Part shown: in pieces, positions 20,497 through 30,413 of the stretch
How the letters are laid out: each line of letters begins with the position of its first letter
Position numbering within the stretch: the stretch's first letter is position 1
IMG/VR virus record: IMGVR_UViG_3300021400_000104
Direction: 5' to 3' (one strand)
Origin: an uncultured virus (IMG/VR IMGVR_UViG_3300021400_000104)
Lineage: Duplodnaviria > Heunggongvirae > Uroviricota > Caudoviricetes
DNA: 61,273 nt
Notes under the pieces: generated by a model
Databases searched by the model: none
What the model was told of the DNA's origin: nothing
What the model saw: the letters and a program-made list of their open reading frames with translations, nothing else
Translations under genes and position numbers: made by a program

Positions 20497-21024
20497 TGGA
20501 GCGGCTAACGGGACTCGAACCCGCCACGTCTGCTTACCCTCCAATGCTTTATACTCTTTTTAACACCTCACTTGCTTCATAATCTTCCATATAGCTCCAA
20601 TCCTTTCTCTTTTGAGAAGAATTGAAGTGGAGGCTCTTTTGAGTAGAACATTCAGAAATTGGTACGAGATAAGCTACACCATCCCAATAAGTAGCAAAAT
20701 AATCTACATCTTGTTCTGAGTATCTTCTCGATTTACAATTCCTTACATTGGTCGTTGTACTACGGCAATTAAATGTTATCGAATTCTCTGAGGCAATGCG
20801 TGATGTTTTAACTTGTAAACGCAAAAGTTTTCCATTTACATCTACAATTAAATCATACTTACTGTCTTGGCAGAGAGGTTGCGAAACATTATAGCCTAAT
20901 AAGAGAAGGTAAGTTGCGACCTACAACTCTGTTGCTATACCTTTGAATTGACTTGATAATTCCATTTTATTAAGATATAAAGTTCAGAGGGAAGGCAAAA
21001 ATGTTACCACTACACCATAGCCGC
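20497..21024 (-). tRNA. tRNA-Gly(TCC) interrupted by a 454-nt insertion (exons 21024-20990 and 20535-20497)
   Basis: GCGGCTATGGTGTAGTGGTAACATTTTTGCCTTCC | AAGCAGACGTGGCGGGTTCGAGTCCCGTTAGCCGCTCCA joins into a complete cloverleaf. Confidence 0.88.
20549..20965 (-). CDS. PD-(D/E)XK homing-type endonuclease (I-Ssp6803I-like) inside the tRNA insertion
   Basis: KGIATEL(Q)V...LGYNVSQP...YDLIVD...LRLQVKT...VDYFATY; one in-frame TAG. Confidence 0.82.
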
Positions 21025-21106
21025 ATTTTATAGTTTAAGGAGATTTCGCTCCGTACTCTTAAGTATATATTTATTATATCACACTCTAAGAAAAAAGTCA
21101 AATAAA

Positions 21107-21194
21107 CAAGACGGGAAATTTACGGATTTGAACCGTTTCAAAAAATTTTTGCAGAATTTTTCTTTGACCATTTTGTGTTTTGCTGGACCGTCTT
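21107..21194 (-). ncRNA. CAGCAA-stem RNA element with an isolated T-arm
   Basis: AAGACGG-TCCAGCAA...ACGG TTCAAAT CCGT...CCGTCTT. Confidence 0.7.
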
Positions 21195-21198
21195 ATAG

Positions 21199-21271
21199 TT
21201 ACTCCGCAAGGATTCGAACCTTGGGTGGCGGAGTTAGAGTCCGCTGCCTTAAGCCGCTTGGCGACGGAGTA
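21199..21271 (-). tRNA. amber suppressor tRNA (anticodon CTA), Gln-type body
   Basis: GCGGA-CT CTA AC-TCCGC; U1-A72; GCCAAGCGG D-arm typical of tRNA-Gln. Confidence 0.92.
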
Positions 21272-21346
21272 TGGTTTCGGTTGAGGGATTCGAACCCCCG
21301 AATGGCGGAGTTAGAGTCCGCGGCCTTACCGCTTGGCGAAACCGAA
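21272..21346 (-). tRNA. amber suppressor tRNA (anticodon CTA), Gln-type body, second copy
   Basis: Same anticodon arm, different acceptor and T stems, encoded CCA. Confidence 0.93.
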
Positions 21347-21353
21347 TTTTCAC

Positions 21354-21404
21354 CAAGACACTTATCGTTCTAAGGTTGGACGATATTTTCGCTGTTTGTG
21401 CCTT
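21354..21404 (-). ncRNA. minimal CAGCAA-stem RNA element
   Basis: AAGGCAC-AAACAGCGAA...GTGTCTT immediately after the promoter at 21415-21444. Confidence 0.6.
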
Positions 21405-21670
21405 TACTATAATAATTATATCACTTCTTTCTTAAAAAGTCAAATTATTAAGTTTTCTCATTCAACCAATAACAAACACACTCTTTACATCCTTCATAGT
21501 CAGAACATCTATCTGTGGCTGTTTTTCCAGTCAATGCCTAAATAGGACAAATACCAGTATTCATCATCATTGTAATAAGAATATCAGAGGGCGCTTTACT
21601 CATAAAATATTTCCAACAATTGGAATCTTTCAAGCCCAATGGTCTCACCTCTTTCTTAACAATTTGAAAG

Positions 21671-21759
21671 CGTCGAGAGAGGGATTCGAACCCTCGAACC
21701 CCTTTGTGGGGTTAACGCCTTAGCAGGGCGCCGCAATCGACCAACTCTGCCATCTCGAC
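21671..21759 (-). tRNA. tRNA-Ser(GCT)
   Basis: GCGCC-CT GCT AA-GGCGT, long variable arm. Confidence 0.92.
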
Positions 21760-21766
21760 ATAATAC

Positions 21767-21843
21767 ACGACAAACTATTAAAGATAGTGTACGACTCTAT
21801 CTCCCCTATTGACCGAAGAAGTAGTGTTTTGCTGATTTGCCGT
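21767..21843 (-). ncRNA. CAGCAA-stem RNA element
   Basis: ACGGCAAA-TCAGCAA...TTTGTCGT. Confidence 0.65.
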
Positions 21844-21850
21844 AACGTAC

Positions 21851-21926
21851 TGGTGCGCCCAGCGGGACTTGAACCCACGACCCCTCGCTTAAAAGGCGAG
21901 TGCTCTACCAACTAAGCTATGAGCGC
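21851..21926 (-). tRNA. tRNA-Lys(TTT)
   Basis: CTCGC-CT TTT AA-GCGAG, encoded CCA. Confidence 0.93.
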
Positions 21927-21930
21927 ATAA

Positions 21931-22290
21931 ATGTAGCCAGTTTTATCTCACCCTTAACGACTCTACACGCGCCGGCTACCATACTCGTAGCTTTACTGCT
22001 TCTAATCTCCCTCACTTATGAGCAGCGATAAGTGTCATATACTAATATAAGTGTGTTTTCCCTGCCACCTTTAACACACAAATCTTGGCAAGTCGTGAGT
22101 TTCCGCGCAACCCGATTTTCGTCTCAAACGCACATAAAGAATACAACTTTTTTTACTTCTCGTAGTTAGGAGTGCGAAGTCTTCATGCTGATTCATCTCT
22201 CCTGTACGCCGCTGTTTCTCTATAACAGCAATAAACGCTACTTTTTAACTTATACAAGTAGGAAACGCAGACCATTATAAGGCGGTCAAA
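21931..22290 (-). ncRNA. candidate structured ncRNA (about 360 nt) with possible pseudoknots
   Basis: No ORF; several hairpins lying between tRNA-Thr and tRNA-Lys. Confidence 0.45.
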
Positions 22291-22295
22291 CCTAA

Positions 22296-22368
<73 letters not shown>

Positions 22369-22376
22369 ATCATTAA

Positions 22377-22485
22377 TGGAGAAATTAGGATTTGAACCTA
22401 AATCCTCGCTGAAGGTTTGCTTGATTATACCTAACTTCAGTATCTTCCAGATATGCTGGCCGCTTTACCGTTAAGCTATCTCCCC
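22377..22485 (-). ncRNA. tRNA-like RNA with Ala acceptor identity and a non-canonical anticodon/variable region
   Basis: GGGGAGA/TTTCTCC-A with G3:U70, normal D and T arms, middle replaced by two irregular hairpins. Confidence 0.7.
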
Positions 22486-22525
22486 ATCTGACGCCGCTTT
22501 TGAATGGAGTGACGCCGAACCATAC

Positions 22526-22585
22526 TAGACAGTGTAATATAAACTCTATAAAATATATCTTAAATAAAGTTTGCTGTACTGTCTA
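22526..22585 (-). ncRNA. CAGCAA-stem RNA element at a transcript 5' end
   Basis: TAGACAGT-ACAGCAA...ACTGTCTA starting about 5 nt below the -10 box of the promoter at 22591-22619. Confidence 0.7.
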
Positions 22586-22981
22586 TAATAATTATATCAC
22601 TTTTTTCTTAGAAAGTCAAATAATTAATTATCTTATTGGATATTAAATCTCTTGATTCTCTGAATAAACCCAATAAAGATAGTTATAATCATCTGAAATT
22701 AGATTAGCATGAAAGATAAAATCTTCATTTGACTCATTTTCTGAAAGTGAAACGTTCGTCTGTTGTCTGTTTAAGTCCTACTACGTCATTCTTTTTATCC
22801 TCCTTCTTCTTATATTTTGCATTAATGAAAGTCTTTGCTATATCTGCAAAATATTTCATCGCGAAAACAAGAACTGTCATTTTTACAAGGAAATAAAAGA
22901 AGTTCATTACTACATCCATCTCTTTCTCCGTTTCTCTATTAATAGTATATCATATTTCCTCATAAAAGTCAAATAATTTGT

Positions 22982-23063
22982 TGGTACCCGCCGGGGGATT
23001 CGAACCCAAAACCAATCTCTCGCTTATAAGGCGAGTGCTTGTAACCACTTAAGCTCTGCGGGC
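22982..23063 (-). tRNA. tRNA-Ile(TAT)
   Basis: CTCGC-CT TAT AA-GCGAG, encoded CCA. Confidence 0.82.
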
Positions 23064-23069
23064 ATATAA

Positions 23070-23142
23070 TTGGGGCAGAGGGATTCGAACCCACAATAAA
23101 CGGTACCAAAAGCCGTTGCCTTAACCTTTTGGCGATGCCCCA
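23070..23142 (-). tRNA. tRNA-Gln(TTG)
   Basis: ACGGC-TT TTG GT-ACCGT, U1-A72. Confidence 0.88.
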
Positions 23143-23357
23143 GTCTTGTGAGGGATTTCTCCCTCACTTTCTATAATTATTATATCATAATTTTCTTAAA
23201 AAGTCAATTAATCTGCTGCTCCTTCGCCCTCATTATCACCGATAAGCTGCTCCCAGCACTCAGGACAAAGAGTTGCCTCCTCATCATCTGACTCAAAAGG
23301 CTTACTACAATTATCACAGATACACTCAAATTCCTTCTCGTCCATTATTATTCCTCC

Positions 23358-24639
23358 TTAACATTGAGTAGTATTTTTATAAATAGAGAAAGTATCTACA
23401 CTAAAAGAAACTCTATAGATGAGAATATTATCGCACTTTTTCTCATCTTCAATGTCACAAACAAATTCATCATAACTACGACCGTCATCACGAATAAAGT
23501 CAAGAACTTCCTCTTTTTCATTTTCTGGGGCTTTAATATAATCTCGCATCATATCGAGATAAATTTCTCCAATAAGACGTTTTACTTCTCGCTCTGCCGC
23601 AGCCTTAGAAGGAAAAGTTTTAATTTCTGGCATATCAAATTCATTTTCATAGAGAATATTATATACTGTCATTTTAGTCCTCCTTTAAAATATAGGTATA
23701 TGCCTGTTTACCATCTGCCCGAATATAGATAACATTAATCTAAAAATTCTCCGGCGCGGCGGGGACTATCTCAGTCTTATGATTAATACCTTCAGCTCTA
23801 TCAAAATAAAGAGACTCCTCAAAATCTCTAGCTCTCATTTTAACCCATTTAGAATCTCTTACTTTTAAGTTCTCGTTTCCATTTTCATCTCTAACTTTTT
23901 CAAGCTAAGTAATCTTCATAAGAAAATTACTCTTCAAAATTCTCTTTTCTCCCATTATATGCCTCCTTTAATCCCAAAGATTTTCAAAATATCTACATAG
24001 CCAGCACTTAGCCCGAAACCAATTTTTCTTATCCTCGTCTGACCAATTCATGGGATCTTTAGTTATATAAATATAAAATCCATAAATCATTTCATTTAAG
24101 ATTTTTTCCCATTTTTCCATTCCATCTGCTTCACCAGCAAATTCACTTGGATACCCATGGGTAGTATCTCTTAAATGAACAAGCCGCGGCAAGATAAAAA
24201 GTGCGATAGAAGTCTCCAAATTCCAACAGTCCTCATAACGAAAACCATGTTTTTCCTCAAACTTATCTGCCTTTTCCTGATCTTTTTTTGAATAGAATTT
24301 ACTCTTTTTAATACGAAAACTATATTTTTTAACTGCTTTTTCTGCCTGTTTAAGAGTAATTACTGGTACATCCATGTCTTACCTCCTATTACACGTTCCA
24401 ATTACTTCAGCATAGTCATCAATTTCATAAACGCCATTCCATAAAATTGCTTCTTCGCCAAAAATTTCTTGAACGTAGAAAAATTTTATGGGAGTATGCG
24501 GCTCTATATTCTCATAATATAAATAATCAGAACATAATCGTTCAAAGTCTTTCTCACTTTCAACAAAAATCACATCACTATCTGCTCTAAAATAATGATT
24601 TAAATTAATTTCTCTCATTTCTATCTCACTTCTTTTCAA
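23358..24639 (-). other. small hypothetical ORFs (23358-23672, 23968-24375, 24379-24639)
   Basis: ORF track plus RBS motifs. Confidence 0.6.
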
Positions 24640-24706
24640 TTTCTATAAATATTATAGCATGAAATAAGAAAAAAGTCAAAGCATTAACTGCTTTGACTTT
24701 AATCTA

Positions 24707-25267
24707 TTAATCACCTGCTTTTGGCACTCCAGTTGAATCCTCTACTTCATCATCAAGCTAGTCAGAAAGTTCCTTAATCTTTGCCATAATTGCTGCACGC
24801 TCAAACTTAAGCATCTAAAGAACTGTATCTGCATACGAAGAGTCTTCTCCTGTTCCAGTCCATCCCTCTGGTTCATAATCAACATTGTTAAAGTTATAAC
24901 TTAAACCACCTGCTTTAACAATTACATCCTTCTTCTTTGTCTCAATAGCTTCAATCATCTTGTTGATAACATTAGCCTTCTTAGAGAGCTTACAAATTTG
25001 TCCTTCGGTAGAAGTCTTTTTAGGCTCTGGAATTGGGTCAGGACAAGGGCAAGGTGGAAATGGTGGGAATGGATGTGGTGGTGGGTATGGTGGTACAGGC
25101 GGATATGGAGGCGGGAAATCAGGTGGAGGTGGTGGTGGCATCCAATAGACGCCATTCTGACATCCACAACCAGGTTTCTACCCAGCATCAGGCACTGGAG
25201 AACTTGATGCGCCGCAACATCCACAAGAGGCAAGATCTGCATTATAAATAAGATCAGCGTTTGGCAT
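24707..25267 (-). CDS. Cys/Pro-rich protein (TAG-recoded)
   Basis: ATG at 25267 with GGAGG RBS, three TAGs, TAA at 24707; SCGCCG...PPPPPPDFPPPYPP...CPCP. Confidence 0.75.
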
Positions 25268-25582
25268 TACAAAACCTCCTTAAAATAAGATTAGGTATCG
25301 AAGATACCCTGAGAATTTCTCTCTTTTTTAAGTAGAAAAGATTTTAAGGAGCTTTAATTTTTTAAGTTAAAAATGCCGCGACCCTATAATTTATAGGATT
25401 GCGGCACAATATAGTTATTAGTCCTCCAAATACTCTTCTTCAATCTTAGTCCAAGTTCCACCTTTTTCTATCTTTTCTCTTTCCTGTCGCGCGCTCTCAA
25501 TTGACCGATAAATTCCCCATATATGCCAGTCTGTATCATAACTTCCGGTATAATACAAAATATAAATCTTCATTGCTCCTCC

Positions 25583-26482
25583 TTAATGCGCATTTACATC
25601 CCCGTCATGCAATACATCCAAATCTCTCATAAAATATTCCCCAAAACGATCCGAAATCTTCTGGAGATACTTCTCGCCCTTAAAATAGTCCATATGATGC
25701 TGGATAAGATTTGCGATATAAACTGCTTTAGGTGCGGACTTGTCCGAATGAGAAATATAGAAATATGCGCCCACATTCTCATGATTGTAATAATGAGCAA
25801 CATCAGACTCTTCGCCACGTGCGTTTTTGAAAACCTTGCAAAAAGGCTTGCCACAATCATGGAAAAGTGCGGCCTCAATTACTCTATTATCTGCATAAGA
25901 ATTATCAACCACATATTTTTGTGCTAAAAGCATATGGTCACCAACACTTGCAGAATGATGGGGGTTATCATGAGAGAGTTCCTTAGCATTTAAAACAATA
26001 TCATTAAGAGCATTCATATCCATATCGTTCCCGTAAAGGAGAATTCTATCCCACCCCTCAGATTCATGCGGGACCTCAAAACGCTTCAGCATCGAATTAA
26101 TTACCTCTTCGGGCACAACTCGATCTCTACCAGCATTACGATCCTTTACAATCTCAAACGGAGGAACATTCAATACACACACCTTAATAAGTCCCTTAAT
26201 ATGCTCAATGTTCTTCAAGAAACCAATGCGACGCTTTGCCGAGAGATTCGTAGCATCATAATACACAGAAAACCCAGCAAGCAAAGCATCAATCGTGCGG
26301 CGCTTCATAATCTCAAATACTTCCATATTATGAGACTGGTCATTTACATCGCCAAAGATCTCCTCACGGATAGCGTCAGAAGAGACATGAACGCAATTAG
26401 GCTCAATCTTCTTAATTTCAGATTCATAAAGATAAGACTTTCCAGAGCCAGCAAGGCCAACTGCCATAAAGAAAAACGGCAT
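25583..26482 (-). CDS. P-loop polynucleotide-kinase-like domain fused to an HD phosphohydrolase
   Basis: GLAGSGKS, SSDAIREE, DATN, RxR; HH...H...HDCGK...HENVGA...HHM...D. Confidence 0.82.
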   Translation of the reverse strand: MPFFFMAVGLAGSGKSYLYESEIKKIEPNCVHVSSDAIREEIFGDVNDQSHNMEVFEIMKRRTIDALLAGFSVYYDATNLSAKRRIGFLKNIEHIKGLIKVCVLNVPPFEIVKDRNAGRDRVVPEEVINSMLKRFEVPHESEGWDRILLYGNDMDMNALNDIVLNAKELSHDNPHHSASVGDHMLLAQKYVVDNSYADNRVIEAALFHDCGKPFCKVFKNARGEESDVAHYYNHENVGAYFYISHSDKSAPKAVYIANLIQHHMDYFKGEKYLQKISDRFGEYFMRDLDVLHDGDVNAH

Positions 26483-26588
26483 TTCTTTTTCCTCCTATTT
26501 CTTAATTACTATAATAATTATAGCATAAATTTTAAGAAAAGTCAAATAGAGTATTATTAATATAGATTTTTCCGCCACAAAAATCTAC

Positions 26589-26915
26589 TCATAGTCTCAT
26601 TACTTCTTGCGACTTTTTGTACTCTTCACGACATTTCAACTCGTCCAAGATGACTGCCTTTAGATTAGCCGGTGTCTGACGCTCTTCGTCCAGATAATCT
26701 TTAAGTAGTTCGGACGGTAGGTCTCTTAACAGGTCGATAGCTCTTTGCGTTCTGCCGGAGTTATAGTTGTATTTGATGTCAAAGTCTGCACCGCAGGTAT
26801 AGCCGTAGTAAAAATACCGGTCATTCTTATCTTGGCATGGCAGTCTGCACTTGTCACACACGCCTTCCATCTTAGTAATATAGTCCGTCATGTATGCTCC
26901 CCACACTGGGTTCAT
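26589..26915 (-). CDS. hypothetical protein flanked by a short direct repeat
   Basis: 108 aa ORF, GC higher than neighbours. Confidence 0.55.
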   Translation of the reverse strand: MNPVWGAYMTDYITKMEGVCDKCRLPCQDKNDRYFYYGYTCGADFDIKYNYNSGRTQRAIDLLRDLPSELLKDYLDEERQTPANLKAVILDELKCREEYKKSQEVMRL

Positions 26916-27005
26916 AGTCTCATCACCTCTCCATTAAGTCATTCTTATATACACTACCACAGTCTTTCTTATTTAGCATCTTTCATAATAAGGTAATACG
27001 ATTAT

Positions 27006-27818
27006 TTAAGCTAGTAAAATTTCTTCTTTCAAAGACTTTTTAATAACTCCAGCTTTAATTTCATTCATTCTATCAAAAACATCTTGATGAAGTTCAAAAG
27101 AATCTTGACATTCTTCTACTATTTTTTCCATCATTTCAATATGCTCATTAGCACTTGCAATTGCTTTTTCTGCTGGGAAGCAAACTTCACCTGTCTTAAT
27201 TTTTCTTAAATGTTCAACTTGACTATCCTGCATCATATTAAGTTTTAAAAGATCCCCATAGGGGATTCCCATAACATATCGACTCATCATATAATGAAGT
27301 CTAATAATGTGACATAGCTGCTTTGGATCATAGCCAAACCTATTTAATACTTCTAATTTAGATTCAAATGGATGACAAAGAGCGCGCTGTTTTTGTTTTG
27401 CCATTCCAATAAAAGCATGAAGCGCCCGCTTACCATCTGCATAAGCAATATCTTCTGCCATGTCTCGCAAACTTTTCCACTCTTCCTCATATTTCGTCTT
27501 AACAACATAATAATCAGTAAAAAGTGTTTCAAGAAAATTGGTATTCATTTTTTCATAATTTTTAAACATACAACGTATATCTTTAATGTCAATTTGACCA
27601 TCCATAAAGTCAATAGTTGTAGATACAGGATTATTCCCATTTATAATATCTTCAAGAGTAGGAAACACTATTGCCTTGAAATCAAAATCAGATTGAGGAG
27701 TTTCCATTCTATAATTTTGCGCACCATAGAGAGCGATAACCCAAACTTTATATCCTCGTTTTACAAGTTCATTATATGCAAGAACTAATCTCCCGGCTAT
27801 TTCAATTTTATCCACCAT
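27006..27818 (-). CDS. Pol-beta superfamily nucleotidyltransferase (RlaP/Nuc-transf-like)
   Basis: YGAQNY...SDFDFKAI, N.NFLE.LF, GYDPKQL.H..RL. Confidence 0.75.
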   Translation of the reverse strand: MVDKIEIAGRLVLAYNELVKRGYKVWVIALYGAQNYRMETPQSDFDFKAIVFPTLEDIINGNNPVSTTIDFMDGQIDIKDIRCMFKNYEKMNTNFLETLFTDYYVVKTKYEEEWKSLRDMAEDIAYADGKRALHAFIGMAKQKQRALCHPFESKLEVLNRFGYDPKQLCHIIRLHYMMSRYVMGIPYGDLLKLNMMQDSQVEHLRKIKTGEVCFPAEKAIASANEHIEMMEKIVEECQDSFELHQDVFDRMNEIKAGVIKKSLKEEILLA

Positions 27819-28394
27819 TTAATTCCTCCTTTAACGCAATGCGGAAAGACTCAACCATTTCTCTATATTCAAAGGTATTCTTCTTTTCATCAATCCTATC
27901 AAAATTTCTCTCAATCCACTCTACACAAGCCTTCCGGGTAACTTCTGTAACAATAAGAGTTCCACTCATGAGATCCGTTGCCTTCCAAACTTTCCCATAT
28001 CTATAAAATCCATAAACACTATCTTCGTCAATCCATCCAATTACAACGACAATTTTCTTCTTAGGATCAACAGTCTCAATTGGAAAAGAACCCTTATGGA
28101 ATCTCATTTTTAGTCCTCCATTTCAAAAGCGGTAATTGCAGTTAAGTTATTAAAAATTACATTTGGAATATAATAAAACTTTTGAAGAGACCCATCAAGA
28201 AGTTCTTGATTTATAACCCTCACCAATTTTCCTGCAAACAATCTTTGTAGACAGTCGATTGCAGTTTCACTCTTCTTAAAGCCACACTCTTCCCTGATTT
28301 TCTCAGTAGACATATAATCTTTTCCAAACTTTTTATTATAATAAAGGACTGAAAGAACTTTACACTGATTTTCTGTAAGTTGAACTTTACTCAT
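27808..28394 (-). other. two hypothetical ORFs (27808-28107; 28110-28394 wHTH-like)
   Basis: ORF track plus RBS motifs. Confidence 0.55.
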
Positions 28395-28494
28395 TTTTAA
28401 TCCTCCTTTTCATTTCTTATAATAATTATACTATAACTTTTAAAAAAAGTCAAATAAAATAGTGCCGCGGCACTATATACCACGGCACTATAAT

Positions 28495-29523
28495 TTAATC
28501 AATAGTTACACAAGTTACGGTAAGAGTCCTCTTCTTATCGTTATACTGAAAAACAAACTTTACATCATGCTCAGTAGTATTTCTAAATCTCATATCCCAG
28601 GCGTACTTATTTCCTGTCAAATTAACAGATGCATCCTCTCCAGAAACAGCATACGTTACAGGCTTAGAGTGAGAGTGTCTCTCCAACTCCTTCATACCAC
28701 ATTGCAATACTGCACACTGATACAAAGAAGTAGAAACAAAACAAATTCCTCCACCAGGAGCCTTCCCCTCTGGGTATACCGGAGCTTCAATAAATCCTTC
28801 ATTAAGACCGCAACGATAATTAAAAGGAGGATATGCTGCCCAAGAGAACATCTTGCCAGAATTTACGGTCAGACCTCCCTCATCACCATTCAAAAGGTCA
28901 CATGCGTGCTTGATATTTGTCCAAGACTCATTACATGCTGATGACTTAAGAGTCACTTCTCCAAGAATTGCACCTTCAACGGGCGTAGCTCCACTTTTTG
29001 AGCTAGGAATCTTAATAGGAACTCCTACATAAATCATTGTATTGATATTCGCATTATTTACTGCAAGCAAAGAATTTACGTCAATATTAAACTTTCTTGC
29101 AATTCGATACCAGCCATCACCTGATTGAGGCGAATAATAAGTAAAATTAGTTACTGCCTGAGTAGACGACTCTACTGGAACAGATTGGGACGTTTGTGCC
29201 GCAATAAGCTCCAAAATTGGCGGAGGAGTAAGTCCAGTTACCTCCGGTGCTAGGCTTTCTGTTGGAATTACCGGCTCAGGCGGCGGAACAGGAATTCTTA
29301 CTACAGTCATACCTCCCTCAATATTCTTATTCTCATTATATTCGCGCAAACCATCTCCAGTTAGACCGCTCTGATCCTGATACAATCTGGCAATATCTTC
29401 CCATGTCTGTCCCGGCCATACCCAATGAGTAATATAATCATCTCCAAATGCCGTAGCTGTCATTGGAAAAATCATAAAAATTCCAGTAATAACAGAAACG
29501 ACAATACTAATAAATCTCTTCAT
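28495..29523 (-). CDS. secreted LysM + VanW domain protein
   Basis: Signal peptide; two LysM-like units (GQTWEDIA, GDGWYRIARKF); VanW motif GGGICFVSTSLY...ERHSHS. Confidence 0.8.
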   Translation of the reverse strand: MKRFISIVVSVITGIFMIFPMTATAFGDDYITHWVWPGQTWEDIARLYQDQSGLTGDGLREYNENKNIEGGMTVVRIPVPPPEPVIPTESLAPEVTGLTPPPILELIAAQTSQSVPVESSTQAVTNFTYYSPQSGDGWYRIARKFNIDVNSLLAVNNANINTMIYVGVPIKIPSSKSGATPVEGAILGEVTLKSSACNESWTNIKHACDLLNGDEGGLTVNSGKMFSWAAYPPFNYRCGLNEGFIEAPVYPEGKAPGGGICFVSTSLYQCAVLQCGMKELERHSHSKPVTYAVSGEDASVNLTGNKYAWDMRFRNTTEHDVKFVFQYNDKKRTLTVTCVTID

Positions 29524-29575
29524 GATTATTTAACCTCCATTAATCCTACGATTACATTGCAAATTGTATTGAACA

Positions 29576-30411
29576 TTATCCATCTTCCTCCTCAGTCTTG
29601 ATTTCTTTAATTAAAGATAAAATTTCTTTTGCTCTGTAATGCATAATAAAAGCCTTATAATACTCACATTCACCACAATTTTCATGTGGGCAAGAGTGCA
29701 TAATAATAGGACACATCATGTCATCATTCTCTTCAACAGTCCTATCATCCCACCAATTATACTCTGCCATACTCTCTCCTCCAATCGCGCATATAACCAG
29801 TTTTACTATTAAAAACCTCCTCATAATTGATTACAATTTCATAGTCATCAGGATCATCTGCGCCGTACCCCTCATAAATTTTTGCTACTATTGACCAGGG
29901 CCAAACATTAGCAAGTTTAAGGTCATTATAAGAATAAATCCCCATAAAATATTCTTCCGTTAATTTACGAGGATATTTTGAAACAAATTCATAGAATTCT
30001 TCTTTTGAGACTAATCTTGTTCTTTTTTCAATAGTATAAAATTTTTCTTTTTTATCCATTATTGACCTCTACCCATTTCTTAACTACTATTTCTCTTTCT
30101 TCAACTTCAATGCATGTTTGATTTCCCAAGTTACCAAACCCCCGATCATCATGATGAATAGCGCGGAACATATAATGCTTTCCATTTGGTGCGGTGATTA
30201 CATAATTATAAAGATTCCAACCATATCCCCGCTCTTCTACAAACTCTGCCTCATCGTACTTCCATCGTTCAAGAATAAAATCAAAATCAGCTGCACTAAG
30301 ATTCCACCCCTGTTCAAGTTTAGTTACAATAAAAGCACTAACCCCATCAAGCTCCTCCTCTGTCAATTCTTCTTCGTCACACCACTTATCATAAATTTCT
30401 TCGATATTCAT
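29576..30411 (-). other. three small hypothetical ORFs
   Basis: 29576-~29770, 29757-30059, 30052-30411. Confidence 0.55.
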
Positions 30412-30413
30412 TA

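Noticed and set aside
20536..20992. Group I splicing register yielding tRNA-Thr (GGT or TGT)
   Set aside because: U/G junctions can be drawn, but the tRNA body and U73 are Gly-type and no ribozyme core is evident
16434..21911. Short track ORFs overlapping tRNAs or ncRNAs (16434, 18345, 19814, 20051, 20359, 21128, 21720)
   Set aside because: They coincide with RNA genes and lack RBS or protein-like composition
21931..22290. RNase P RNA
   Set aside because: Only weak resemblance (GGAAACTC, AAAACTGGCTAC); the P4 pairing could not be built
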